From the NCBI GenBank assembly GCA_947479645.1, contig CANKAJ010000002.1, positions 400-64,399 on the forward strand: 64,000 bases of DNA. Direction: 5' to 3'. The notes under the pieces are model-generated. The model saw nothing but the letters and a program-made list of their open reading frames with translations, had not been told where the DNA came from and made no database searches. Numbering within the stretch: the stretch's first letter is position 1; each line of letters starts with the position of its first letter. Source of the DNA: Betaproteobacteria bacterium. GTDB lineage: Bacteria > Pseudomonadota > Gammaproteobacteria > Burkholderiales > SG8-39. Shown here one piece after another: positions 45,788-54,646 of this stretch. A program made the translations under genes and the position numbers.

Positions 45788-47257
45788 ATGATGAAAACAA
45801 AGTTCGATGTCATTGTCGCAGGGTGTGGTGTAGCCGGACTGTCCTCTGCCGTCGCGGCAGCAGAGGCTGGCGCGGACGTGGCGGTACTGGAGCGCGCGCC
45901 TAGGGAGGAGCGGGGCGGCCAGAGCCGCTTTACCGAGGCGTATCTGCGTATGAAAAGTCACACCGAGGTGACCGACGATTTCGAGACGCACCTGGCCGAG
46001 AATGGCGCGGGCTATGTCGATCCGGACCTGATTGCGGAGGCGGGGCGCCCCCGCGAATCCTGGCCACCGCTGGTCAGGCCGCTGAGCATCGCCGATCCGG
46101 ATCTGATTGATCGGTTTGCCTCGTCCGTACCGGAGACGGTGGCCTGGATGCAGGGATTTGGTGTGCGCTTTGACTTTCTCCCGACGCAGTTCCTGACCAA
46201 ATCGCAGCCGCGATTGCTGCCGGTCGGTGGCGGTCTGGCGCTGGTGGAGGCGCTGGCGGCGCGCGCGGAGAAACTTGGCGTGACGTTTTGCTATGAGACA
46301 ACGGCCGCCGGATTATTGCTCGATGAGCAGGGCAGCGTGACCGGTTTGGTTGCAGTCAAACGGGGTAATCAGCATTTGCCTATGCATGGTCAGGTGGTGC
46401 TGGCCTGTGGCGGATTTGAAGGCAGCGCGGAAATGATGACGCGCTATGTCGGGCCCCGTTCGGTCTATCTGAGGCCGATCTGCAAGGGCGGGTATTACAA
46501 CCGCGGTGAGGGCATACAGATGGCGCTGGATGCGGGTGCGGCGCCGTGTGGTGATTTCGGCAGCTACCACGCCGAACCCATCGATCCGCGCTCAGGTGTG
46601 TCCGAGCCGTCGGTATTCATATTTCCCTATGGCATTCTCGTTAATCAGCAAGGGCTGCGTTTCACCGATGAAGCGCCGGGTACCGTAGACGCGTGGTACG
46701 AGCGCATTACCCGCCGCATCTATGAACAGACCCAGGGCATTGCCTACACCGTGCTGGACGCCAGGCATACCCGCATACCCAACTACCGGCTGGGGATCCG
46801 CACGGACAAGGCACCACTGGTGTCCGATTCGATCGCCGGCCTGGCCAAATTGATCGGGGTGCCGGCGCAATCACTGGAGCGAACCGTTGCTGAATACAAC
46901 GCTGCCTGTGTTGACGGCACATTCAAGCCGCTGGAACTGGACGGCCTCGCCACGCGCGGCCTGGCCCCGGCCAAATCAAACTGGGCGCTGCCAATCAATG
47001 AAGGGCCGTTTCATGCCTACCCGATTATTTCCGCCAATGTATTCACGTTTGGCGGACTGAAAATCGATTCCGGTGCGCGGGTATTGAATCGCGATGGCGA
47101 CCCGATTCCCGGATTGTTTGCGGCTGGTGAAATCGTCGGGATGTACTACGGCAATTACACCGGTGCCACCTCCGTTCTGAAAGGCATGGTGTTCGGGCGC
47201 CTTTCCGGGGCGGCGGCTGCCGGATGCAAGTCGGCAGGGACGATGGCGGGAACATGA
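45788..47257 (+). CDS. FAD-dependent oxidoreductase, TcuA-like, subfamily 4 (paralog of 40824-42302)
   Basis: FDVIVAGCGVAGLSSAVAAAEAGADVAVLERAPREERGGQSRFT; GLFAAGEIVGMYYG. Start moved to ATG 45788. Confidence 0.8.
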   Translation: MMKTKFDVIVAGCGVAGLSSAVAAAEAGADVAVLERAPREERGGQSRFTEAYLRMKSHTEVTDDFETHLAENGAGYVDPDLIAEAGRPRESWPPLVRPLSIADPDLIDRFASSVPETVAWMQGFGVRFDFLPTQFLTKSQPRLLPVGGGLALVEALAARAEKLGVTFCYETTAAGLLLDEQGSVTGLVAVKRGNQHLPMHGQVVLACGGFEGSAEMMTRYVGPRSVYLRPICKGGYYNRGEGIQMALDAGAAPCGDFGSYHAEPIDPRSGVSEPSVFIFPYGILVNQQGLRFTDEAPGTVDAWYERITRRIYEQTQGIAYTVLDARHTRIPNYRLGIRTDKAPLVSDSIAGLAKLIGVPAQSLERTVAEYNAACVDGTFKPLELDGLATRGLAPAKSNWALPINEGPFHAYPIISANVFTFGGLKIDSGARVLNRDGDPIPGLFAAGEIVGMYYGNYTGATSVLKGMVFGRLSGAAAAGCKSAGTMAGT

Positions 47258-48024
47258 GTGCTGAGGACTTCAAGGGGCGCATTGCGCTGGTGACAGGCGG
47301 GTGTGGTGCTATCGGAAGCGCTGTTGTCGCCGCGCTGCGGGAGCGGGGCGCCAAGGTCATCGCCGCCGATATGTCTGGCGAGGCCCTGCCGCAGCAGTGC
47401 AGTTTCAGCCAGGATACAAGCAGGACCGTACGCCTCGATGTCACCCGCAATAGCGAAATTGTTGCGCTTGTAGACAAAATCGTAATGGAGCTTGGCGCCG
47501 TTGATATTCTCGTCAATGTTGCTGGAGTCGTCTCATTTGGCAGTGCTGAACAACTCGCGGAAGCCGAGTGGGACCGCGTGATCGACATCAATCTGAAAGG
47601 CACATTTTTCGCGTGTCAGGCAGTGATGCCGGGAATGAAGCGCAAGGGCTTCGGGCGCATCATCAATATCGGTTCCCTCATCGGCAAGAACAGTGGCAAT
47701 GCGCGCCCATGGATTTCTGCGGATGAACAACAGAAAGCAGGCAATGTGGCTTATGGCGTGTCCAAAGCCGGCGTGCATGCGATGACTGCATTTTTGGCCA
47801 AGGAAATGGCAGCCCATGGCGTGACTGTCAATGCGGTGGCACCGGGGCCGATCGCCACGGCGATGACCACCAGCTTTCCAGAGCAGCTGAAGGCGTTGAT
47901 TCCGGTTGGCCGTATGGGTAGCACGGGTGATGTTGTGCGGGTAATTTTATTTTTGACAGCGGCAGACGCCGGTTTTATCACCGGCGAAGTGCTGGATGTC
48001 AATGGTGGCATGTGGTGTGACTGA
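47254..48024 (+). CDS. SDR-family oxidoreductase (FabG-like)
   Basis: IALVTGGCGAIGSAV (TGxxxxxG), NVAG, catalytic YGVSKAG (YxxxK). ATGA overlap with the upstream gene. Confidence 0.88.
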   Translation: MSAEDFKGRIALVTGGCGAIGSAVVAALRERGAKVIAADMSGEALPQQCSFSQDTSRTVRLDVTRNSEIVALVDKIVMELGAVDILVNVAGVVSFGSAEQLAEAEWDRVIDINLKGTFFACQAVMPGMKRKGFGRIINIGSLIGKNSGNARPWISADEQQKAGNVAYGVSKAGVHAMTAFLAKEMAAHGVTVNAVAPGPIATAMTTSFPEQLKALIPVGRMGSTGDVVRVILFLTAADAGFITGEVLDVNGGMWCD

Positions 48025-48032
48025 GGAAAATA

Positions 48033-48842
48033 ATGGGTATTCGTATCTGGCATCAAAGTTTTACCGTTCTGTCCGATCTTGGCGCTTACGACGACGCGCT
48101 CAAGGAGCACTTCAGGAAGGTCGCGCGACCGGACACCGAGATCGTCATGCATGGCATGCGACCGGGGACCTATCGCACCAATTATCCGGGTGATGACATC
48201 CGCCATACGGGGATTCAGTTTCTGCACGCCATCCAGTTTATCGAAGCCGGTCGTCGCGCGGAGAAGGAAGGCTTTGATGCCTACGCCATCAGCACCCTGC
48301 CTGATCTTGCGCTGCGTGAAATCAGGTCCATGTTGCAGATCCCCGTGGTTGGCTATGGCGAGTCGGCGATGCTGACCTCCTGCATGTTGGGAGCGCGCTT
48401 TTCCGTGCTGTTGTTCATCGAGGCACTGGCTGACCAGATACGCGACAATGCCAATCGCTATGGGCTGTCCAGTCGCCTTGTCAGCGTGGAGCATGTCGGA
48501 TTCCAGTTCGGTGATGTGCTGGCCGGGTTCTCCAATCCGGAGAGTCTGATTGCGCGTTTCACCGAAGCGGCACGCGTGCAGATCCGCCGCGGCGCCGACG
48601 TCATCATTCCCGGCGAAGCGCCCTTGTGCGTGCTGCTGGCTAAAAACGGCGTTTCGAACATTGACGGTGTGCCTGTGCTCGATTCCCTGTCCTGCTGGGT
48701 GAAGCAGGCCGAGTTGCTGGTCGATTTGAAGCGCCAGAGCGGCATTACTGCCTGCCGCAAGGGCTATTTTTTCGAGCCACCGGCATCCGACCGTCTTGAC
48801 GAAGTATTCTCGTTCTATGGTTATGGACAGAACAAGTCATGA
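48033..48842 (+). CDS. Asp/Glu/hydantoin racemase-superfamily protein (atypical active site)
   Basis: GFDAYAISTLPDLALREIRSMLQIPVVGYGESAM and GADVIIPGEAPL follow the HyuE-like layout, but both expected Cys positions appear substituted. Confidence 0.7.
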   Translation: MGIRIWHQSFTVLSDLGAYDDALKEHFRKVARPDTEIVMHGMRPGTYRTNYPGDDIRHTGIQFLHAIQFIEAGRRAEKEGFDAYAISTLPDLALREIRSMLQIPVVGYGESAMLTSCMLGARFSVLLFIEALADQIRDNANRYGLSSRLVSVEHVGFQFGDVLAGFSNPESLIARFTEAARVQIRRGADVIIPGEAPLCVLLAKNGVSNIDGVPVLDSLSCWVKQAELLVDLKRQSGITACRKGYFFEPPASDRLDEVFSFYGYGQNKS

Positions 48843-48852
48843 GTGAATCGGC

Positions 48853-50274
48853 ATGAATGACACTGGCGCGGAGCGTATCGATACGCCGTTGCTTGTCGTT
48901 GGCGGCGGCCTGGCGGGCTTTTCTGCGGCGTTGGAGGCAGCCAATGCCGGTGTAAGCGTATTGTTGATCGAGAAGATGGATGCGATCGGCGGCTCCTCGG
49001 CCATGAGCGGCGGTTGCCTGGCTTTTGCCGGGACGGATATTCAGCGTGCCAATGGCGTGGAAGACGATAGTGAACTGCTGTTCCGCGATCTGTGCGAGGT
49101 CGGCCAGTTCGACAACGACGAGGCGCTGGTGCGGGCTTACGTTCAAAATCAGCTGTCGACCTATGAATGGCTGCGCGCCCAGGGGGTGATATTCAGTCCT
49201 GCCCTCGAAGCGTCTGCGGGTCAGTCCGTTCCGCGCGTACACACGGTTGACCCGGCCGATATGGTGCGGGTACTGGCGGCTAAATGCCGTGCCAGCGGCA
49301 AGGTCACTGTCATGATGTCCACAAGCGCAGAACGCCTGGTGCGTTCCGGTGAAGGCGGACGGGTTGAAGCCGTTGTTGCAAGCAGCAAGGGCAGGCCGAT
49401 CGTCATTCACGCACAATGCGTCATCCTGGCCAGCGGCGGCTTCGGGCGCAATACCGAGATGGTCCACCGTTTCGCGCCGCAGTATGACAACGCAGTGTTC
49501 GTCGGTGGCGAAGGCAATGTCGGAGACGGCCTGAAGATGGCATGGCGTCTTGGTGCCGATGTGCGCGACATGGCCTACATCAAAGGCACCTACGGCAAGC
49601 ATCCTGTGGACACAACGAACAATCACAGCTGCCTTGCCGTGTACAAGGGGGCCATCGCCGTCAGCCAGGAGGGAAGGCGTTTCGTTGATGAGTCACTGTC
49701 CTACAAGCTGCTTGGCGATGCCTGCATGCAGCAGACCGACGGGGCGACCTACCAGATATTTGACCAGCCGATCTTTGCCGGTGGCGATGATCGTGTGCGT
49801 ATCCTCGATTTCGGACGTCGTCTGGAAGAAGGCTTGATGTACAAGGCTGACAGCCTGGAAGCGCTGGCACAGATGATTGAGGTACCGTTTGAAATCCTGC
49901 GTGACACCATCGCAACCTACAACGGCTATGTTGATGCGGGTGAGGATGCCGATTTCGGTCGCCGCGCGCTGGTGCACAATCATGGCGCGCTGGTTCGCAT
50001 CGAGACGGCGCCGTTTTACGCCTATCCGTCGACGGCGGCGGTGTTCGGCACCTACTGCGGGTTGTACATCGATGCCGACATGCATGTACTTGATGTTTTC
50101 GGAGACAGCATTGAGGGATTGCTGGCCGCCGGTGAAATCGTCGGCGGTTTTCATGGCGGCGCCTACATGACCGGATCGTCGCTGGGCAAGGCGGCAATTT
50201 TCGGGCGCATTGCAGCGCGTACGGCAGCGAACTCGTTGCAGCGCCAGTCACAGTCGGCTGGCAGTTCGGCGTAG
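48853..50274 (+). CDS. FAD-dependent oxidoreductase, subfamily 3 (paralog of 15323-16702)
   Basis: LLVVGGGLAGFSAALEAANAGVSVLLIEKMDAIGGSS...AFAGTDIQ parallels ...GGSSILAGGFFAFAGTDLQ in 15323-16702. Confidence 0.85.
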   Translation: MNDTGAERIDTPLLVVGGGLAGFSAALEAANAGVSVLLIEKMDAIGGSSAMSGGCLAFAGTDIQRANGVEDDSELLFRDLCEVGQFDNDEALVRAYVQNQLSTYEWLRAQGVIFSPALEASAGQSVPRVHTVDPADMVRVLAAKCRASGKVTVMMSTSAERLVRSGEGGRVEAVVASSKGRPIVIHAQCVILASGGFGRNTEMVHRFAPQYDNAVFVGGEGNVGDGLKMAWRLGADVRDMAYIKGTYGKHPVDTTNNHSCLAVYKGAIAVSQEGRRFVDESLSYKLLGDACMQQTDGATYQIFDQPIFAGGDDRVRILDFGRRLEEGLMYKADSLEALAQMIEVPFEILRDTIATYNGYVDAGEDADFGRRALVHNHGALVRIETAPFYAYPSTAAVFGTYCGLYIDADMHVLDVFGDSIEGLLAAGEIVGGFHGGAYMTGSSLGKAAIFGRIAARTAANSLQRQSQSAGSSA

Positions 50275-50319
50275 TCTGGCAAGGGCGCGAGCGCTCCGGG
50301 GCCGGCCGTGGGGTCAAGC

Positions 50320-51105
50320 ATGAATATCATCCTGTTTATTTCCGGCATTGCCGATTCAAAGTGGCCGCCGCCAACCTTGCAATTGGACCCGCAGGCGGCG
50401 GGTGCCGCTGCCGCGGCACCACCCAAAAAGCTCAGTCCATTCGACGAGTCGGCACTGGAATGCGCGCTGAAGATTCGGGATGCCGACGCCCAAACGCGTA
50501 TCAGCGTGTTTGTTGTTGGCGCACCGGTGCAGGAATCGCTGCTGCGCGCGATTGCGTCGTTCAGGCTGGATCACGTTGCCGGCTTGACTGTTGTGGAACC
50601 GGAGTTGTGGGATGCGCGCAGCCTTGCCCGGCGGTTCGGTGATGTCCTTGCCAGGCAAACTGAAACGATAGACCTCGTCTTGATTGGCCGCGAATTCGGC
50701 GATTTCGACGACGGCCTGCTCCCGCCCTATCTTGCCGAAGTACTGCGACTGCCATTTGTCGGACTGGTGCAGGAAGTGAGGTGTGACGCCGGAGAATGGA
50801 TTTTTTTCCGCGAGCGCGGTGACATCGAGGAGCGTATCCGTGTGCGCCCAGCGGCGTTGGCCAGCATCACCAACGACAAACGCAACCGCCTGCGCTTTCC
50901 ACTGATGAAGAACATCGCTGCGGCAAAGAAGGCAGCTTTTGTCGTTGAGAATACCGGGCCCGGATCGGAAGCCCGGGTGCGGCTGCTGTCAAGCTCCGTG
51001 CGCACGGTGTCGAGGCAGCAGGACGGATGCCGCATGCTTGCCGGGTCGATTGAGGCCCAGGCTGAGGAACTGAGTGCTTTTCTGCTGAGCCGGGTGAAGG
51101 CATGA
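50320..51105 (+). CDS. electron transfer flavoprotein beta-subunit-like protein
   Basis: MNIILFISG...LSPFDESALECALKIRD...DLVLIGREFGDFDDG...PFVG is an ETF-beta layout. Followed by an overlapping EtfA gene. Confidence 0.8.
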   Translation: MNIILFISGIADSKWPPPTLQLDPQAAGAAAAAPPKKLSPFDESALECALKIRDADAQTRISVFVVGAPVQESLLRAIASFRLDHVAGLTVVEPELWDARSLARRFGDVLARQTETIDLVLIGREFGDFDDGLLPPYLAEVLRLPFVGLVQEVRCDAGEWIFFRERGDIEERIRVRPAALASITNDKRNRLRFPLMKNIAAAKKAAFVVENTGPGSEARVRLLSSSVRTVSRQQDGCRMLAGSIEAQAEELSAFLLSRVKA

Positions 51106-52133
51106 GCATGGAAAGCAAAGGGATGCCTGCAATCCATGTCGTCGTGCTTGCCGACGAACTGGATCGGCTTGAGGCCCGTGGCTTTGTTGCGGCTGCGACG
51201 GCAATGGCGGTGTCCATCGGTGCTACCGTCGATGCGCTGATCATCGGCGTCGCCCCGGGTGAGATGTATGCGAAGGACGCGGTGCAGGCAGGCGCCGGGC
51301 GGGTTGCGCTGATTTCTCATCCTGCATTGATGGTTCCCGCGCACACCGATCAACTGCTGGCCCTGCTTGAGGATGTTCTGCCGCAGGCAATGACCCCGGC
51401 ACAGTCCGGCGGCCACGTTTCGCTGTGCTTGTTCCATGCAGACGCTGTTGGCGAAGAACTGGCAGCGCGCCTTGCCGCACGCATGGACGGCACGGCGCTG
51501 GGGCGATGTTCGAACATAGAGGGCCGTGCCGGCGGCCTGCGGGTCCACAAGTCAGTCTTCGGCGGGCGCATGGATGTCGCGCTTGCTACCGATGCCGGGC
51601 CGTGCTTCGCGGTGATACGCAGCATCAAAGCTGCCGGCGCCGATGCGACCGATGATTCTGCAAGGTTGAGTGATGAAGCAGTAACTCATTTCAACCTGGA
51701 CGATACGTTGCCGGCAATCGGGCACATCAGCCGCAACCCCTCGCAGCAGCAACGCAAACGTCTGGAAGGTGCCAGGATCATCGTGTCTGGAGGGCGGGGT
51801 ATGGAGGGCCCGGATGGATTTCTGCAGTTGCAGCAACTGGCCGATGCGCTGGGCGCGGCGCTGGGCGGCAGCCTGCCGGCGGTGGACGCCGGTTGGGCGC
51901 CGGTTTCCCATCAGGTCGGTCAGTCAGGCAAATACGTCACGCCGGAACTCTATGTGGCGGTGGCCCTGTCGGGTACTCCCCAGCATATGGCAGGCATAGG
52001 TCCTGACACGGATATTGTTGCGATCAACAGCGACGAGGGGGCGGAGATTTTCAAGGGGGCCAAGACCGGTGTGGTGGCAGACTGGAAAGAACTGTTGCCG
52101 GCGCTGATCAGACGACTTGACCAGGCAGCTTGA
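51102..52133 (+). CDS. electron transfer flavoprotein alpha subunit
   Basis: C-terminal FAD-binding signature IIVSGGRGM...VGQSGKYVTPELYVAVALSGTPQHMAGI. Confidence 0.85.
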   Translation: MSMESKGMPAIHVVVLADELDRLEARGFVAAATAMAVSIGATVDALIIGVAPGEMYAKDAVQAGAGRVALISHPALMVPAHTDQLLALLEDVLPQAMTPAQSGGHVSLCLFHADAVGEELAARLAARMDGTALGRCSNIEGRAGGLRVHKSVFGGRMDVALATDAGPCFAVIRSIKAAGADATDDSARLSDEAVTHFNLDDTLPAIGHISRNPSQQQRKRLEGARIIVSGGRGMEGPDGFLQLQQLADALGAALGGSLPAVDAGWAPVSHQVGQSGKYVTPELYVAVALSGTPQHMAGIGPDTDIVAINSDEGAEIFKGAKTGVVADWKELLPALIRRLDQAA

Positions 52134-52217
52134 TCAGACGGCTTGATCATTGCGTTTTTTGCGCCGCTTTCCTGGCGTGCCTATTTCCATGACAGTTTGA
52201 ATTGAAAGAGCTATTCA

Positions 52218-54587
52218 ATGAGCAATATGTCCATGAATCGAGACTCCGGCGCGCCTGATGAGGCCGATCTGTCCGCATTGCGCGATAGTGTGACAACTTT
52301 TGTTTCGCGCCAGCCAGGCCTGAATCGCATTCGTGCGCAACGAGGCAACCTGCCTGGGTATGACAGAACGACCTGGAAACAGATGGGTGAGTTGGGCTGG
52401 CTGGGCATGCTGGTGCCCGAGCAATATGGCGGTCTTGGCATTGGCCTGACCGGTGCTACGGCCGTGGCGGAAGAACTGGCGTGGGGATTGTTTCCGGAGC
52501 CGTTTGCCGCCGCCGCGGTACTTGCTGTCGGTGCAATTGTTGGGTCCGACAACGCTGCGTTGCAAAGCAAACTATTGCCCCGGATTGCAGCCGGTGATTG
52601 CCTGCCCGCGTTGGCCTGGCAGGAGCGCGGAGAAAACCTGGATCCGCTGTCGGTGACAACGACGGCTGAACACGCCGGTAATGGTGTAAGTCTTTCGGGA
52701 ACCAAGCGATTTGTCATGGGGGCGGGTGACGCTGACGGCTTTGTGGTGTCGGCCAGGGAAGCAGATGGAATAGCGCTGTATTGGGTGCCAAAGCACGGCA
52801 AGGGTGTACAGATCTCGTGCGAGTTGCTGCTCGACGGAACCTTTGGCGCGACCCTCGTGCTGGACAAGGCTCAGGTTTCCTTGGAGAACCGGCTGGCCTC
52901 GGCCGCGGTTGCAGCAAGGGTACTGAGCCATGCCCTGGAATGCGCCACCATCGTTGCCAGCGCAGAACTGCTCGGTACCGCCCGCGCTGCGTTCAAGGTG
53001 ACGGTGGATTACCTCAGAACCCGCAAGCAGTTCGGTCAGGTGATCGGCAGTTTTCAGGCGCTGCAACACCGCGCCGTCGATTGCTACGTGCAGCTCGAAT
53101 TGGCTGCCGCCGTGCTGGAACAGGCGGTCGCGGTGGCCACGGGCGCGCAGTCTGTAGCGGCGAACGAACTCGCGGCGATTGCCAGTCGTGCGAAATATCG
53201 CTGTGGTGAAGCGGCTTCGCTGATTACGCGCGAGGGCATACAGTTGCATGGTGCCATGGGGTTCACCGATGGTTGCGATGTTGGTCTGTATGCCAAGCGG
53301 GCGTTGGTCGTGTCTGCGTGGCTGGGCGGCATGCATTATCACCGGCGGCGCTTCTCCGAACTTGCCCCGGTGGAAATCACGGAACGGCCGGCCAGGCAAA
53401 TGAAGCCCTTGCCGCCACACCTGCGCGAACTGCCTCCTGATACCGACTGGAACGTCGTGTCTGATCAAGACTTCCGCATGCTGGTGCGTGACTTCGTCGA
53501 AATACACTATCCGGAAGAACTGCGTTACCTGCCGCGGCGTGTGCGCTGGAACGAGGTGCGCGAATTCAATCTCAAGCTTGTGCAGCGAGGCGGCTGGATC
53601 GCCCCGGGATGGCCAAAAGACTGGGGTGGCATGGGCTTGTCGCCGGCCAAGCAATTCATTTTCATGGACGAGTTCGAGCGTTGGGGCGTGGGCCGTCCGC
53701 CCGATCAGGGCATACGTCAGTTGGGTCCGGTGTTGTTCAAATACGGCAGTGAAGCGCAGAAGCGCGAGTACCTGCCGAAAATACTCTCCTGCGAGCACAT
53801 CTGGTGTCAGGGCTATTCGGAACCGAATGCCGGCTCTGACCTGGCCAGCGTGACGACTTATGCCGAAGAGACCGGGGATGGCTTCGTCATCAATGGTCAG
53901 AAGATCTGGACCTCGCTCGCCACCGATTCCACGCATATCTACGTGTTATGCCGCACCGACAAATCGGCGAAGAAGCAACGCGGCATCAGCTTTATTATCG
54001 TGGATCTGAAGACGCCTGGCATTACGGTCAAGCCCATACGCGACATCGCCGGCAACGAGGAATTCTGCGAAGTGTTCTTCGATAATGTGCGCACGCCGCG
54101 CGGCAATCTTGTGGGCAATCTGAATGAAGGTTGGAGCGTCGCCAAGGCCGTGCTGGAGTTCGAGCGACTGGGCGTGGGCAGTCCGCATCGGCCCATGATG
54201 GCGCTCAATCGCCTGGCCGTGTTTGCCAGCAAGATCGGCTTGTTCAAGGATGTCGGGTTTGTCGACGAGTTCACGCGTTTGCGCATGAATTTCCTCGACC
54301 ATTTCACACTGCATGTGCGCTACACCGATCGTGTCGTCACTGGCAGGGGACTGGGGCCGGAGGTGTCATCGCTGAAGATCTGGGGCATGGAAGTGCTGCA
54401 GCGGATCACTGAATTTGCGCTCGACCGTGCCGAAGCTTACGGTACGACGGCCGGACCGGTGGCGGTCAAGGGTGCGGAGGCCAGTCTGGCGGCGCTGTAT
54501 TACGGTTCGCGATTGACGACCATTGGCGGGGGCAGCAGTGAAATTCAGCGCAACATTCTGGCCAAGAACATCCTGCAGTTGACCTGA
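52218..54587 (+). CDS. fused double acyl-CoA dehydrogenase (two complete ACAD units in one 789 aa polypeptide)
   Basis: The N-terminal unit (~1-385) has ...RKQFGQVIGSFQALQHRAVD...IQLHGAMGFTD.... The C-terminal unit (~400-789) has ...WCQGYSEPNAGSDLAS...NGQKIWTS...TTIGGGSSEIQRNILAKNIL. Confidence 0.85.
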   Translation: MSNMSMNRDSGAPDEADLSALRDSVTTFVSRQPGLNRIRAQRGNLPGYDRTTWKQMGELGWLGMLVPEQYGGLGIGLTGATAVAEELAWGLFPEPFAAAAVLAVGAIVGSDNAALQSKLLPRIAAGDCLPALAWQERGENLDPLSVTTTAEHAGNGVSLSGTKRFVMGAGDADGFVVSAREADGIALYWVPKHGKGVQISCELLLDGTFGATLVLDKAQVSLENRLASAAVAARVLSHALECATIVASAELLGTARAAFKVTVDYLRTRKQFGQVIGSFQALQHRAVDCYVQLELAAAVLEQAVAVATGAQSVAANELAAIASRAKYRCGEAASLITREGIQLHGAMGFTDGCDVGLYAKRALVVSAWLGGMHYHRRRFSELAPVEITERPARQMKPLPPHLRELPPDTDWNVVSDQDFRMLVRDFVEIHYPEELRYLPRRVRWNEVREFNLKLVQRGGWIAPGWPKDWGGMGLSPAKQFIFMDEFERWGVGRPPDQGIRQLGPVLFKYGSEAQKREYLPKILSCEHIWCQGYSEPNAGSDLASVTTYAEETGDGFVINGQKIWTSLATDSTHIYVLCRTDKSAKKQRGISFIIVDLKTPGITVKPIRDIAGNEEFCEVFFDNVRTPRGNLVGNLNEGWSVAKAVLEFERLGVGSPHRPMMALNRLAVFASKIGLFKDVGFVDEFTRLRMNFLDHFTLHVRYTDRVVTGRGLGPEVSSLKIWGMEVLQRITEFALDRAEAYGTTAGPVAVKGAEASLAALYYGSRLTTIGGGSSEIQRNILAKNILQLT

Positions 54588-54646
54588 ACCGGGGCAGTGA
54601 ATGAAGAGCAGCCAAGTTGGTAACCATTACCGAGGAGGAAGGCCAG

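Noticed and set aside
52572-53936. 454 aa minus-strand ORF
   Set aside because: It is antisense to the double ACAD gene, and its composition is typical of a GC-rich shadow frame.
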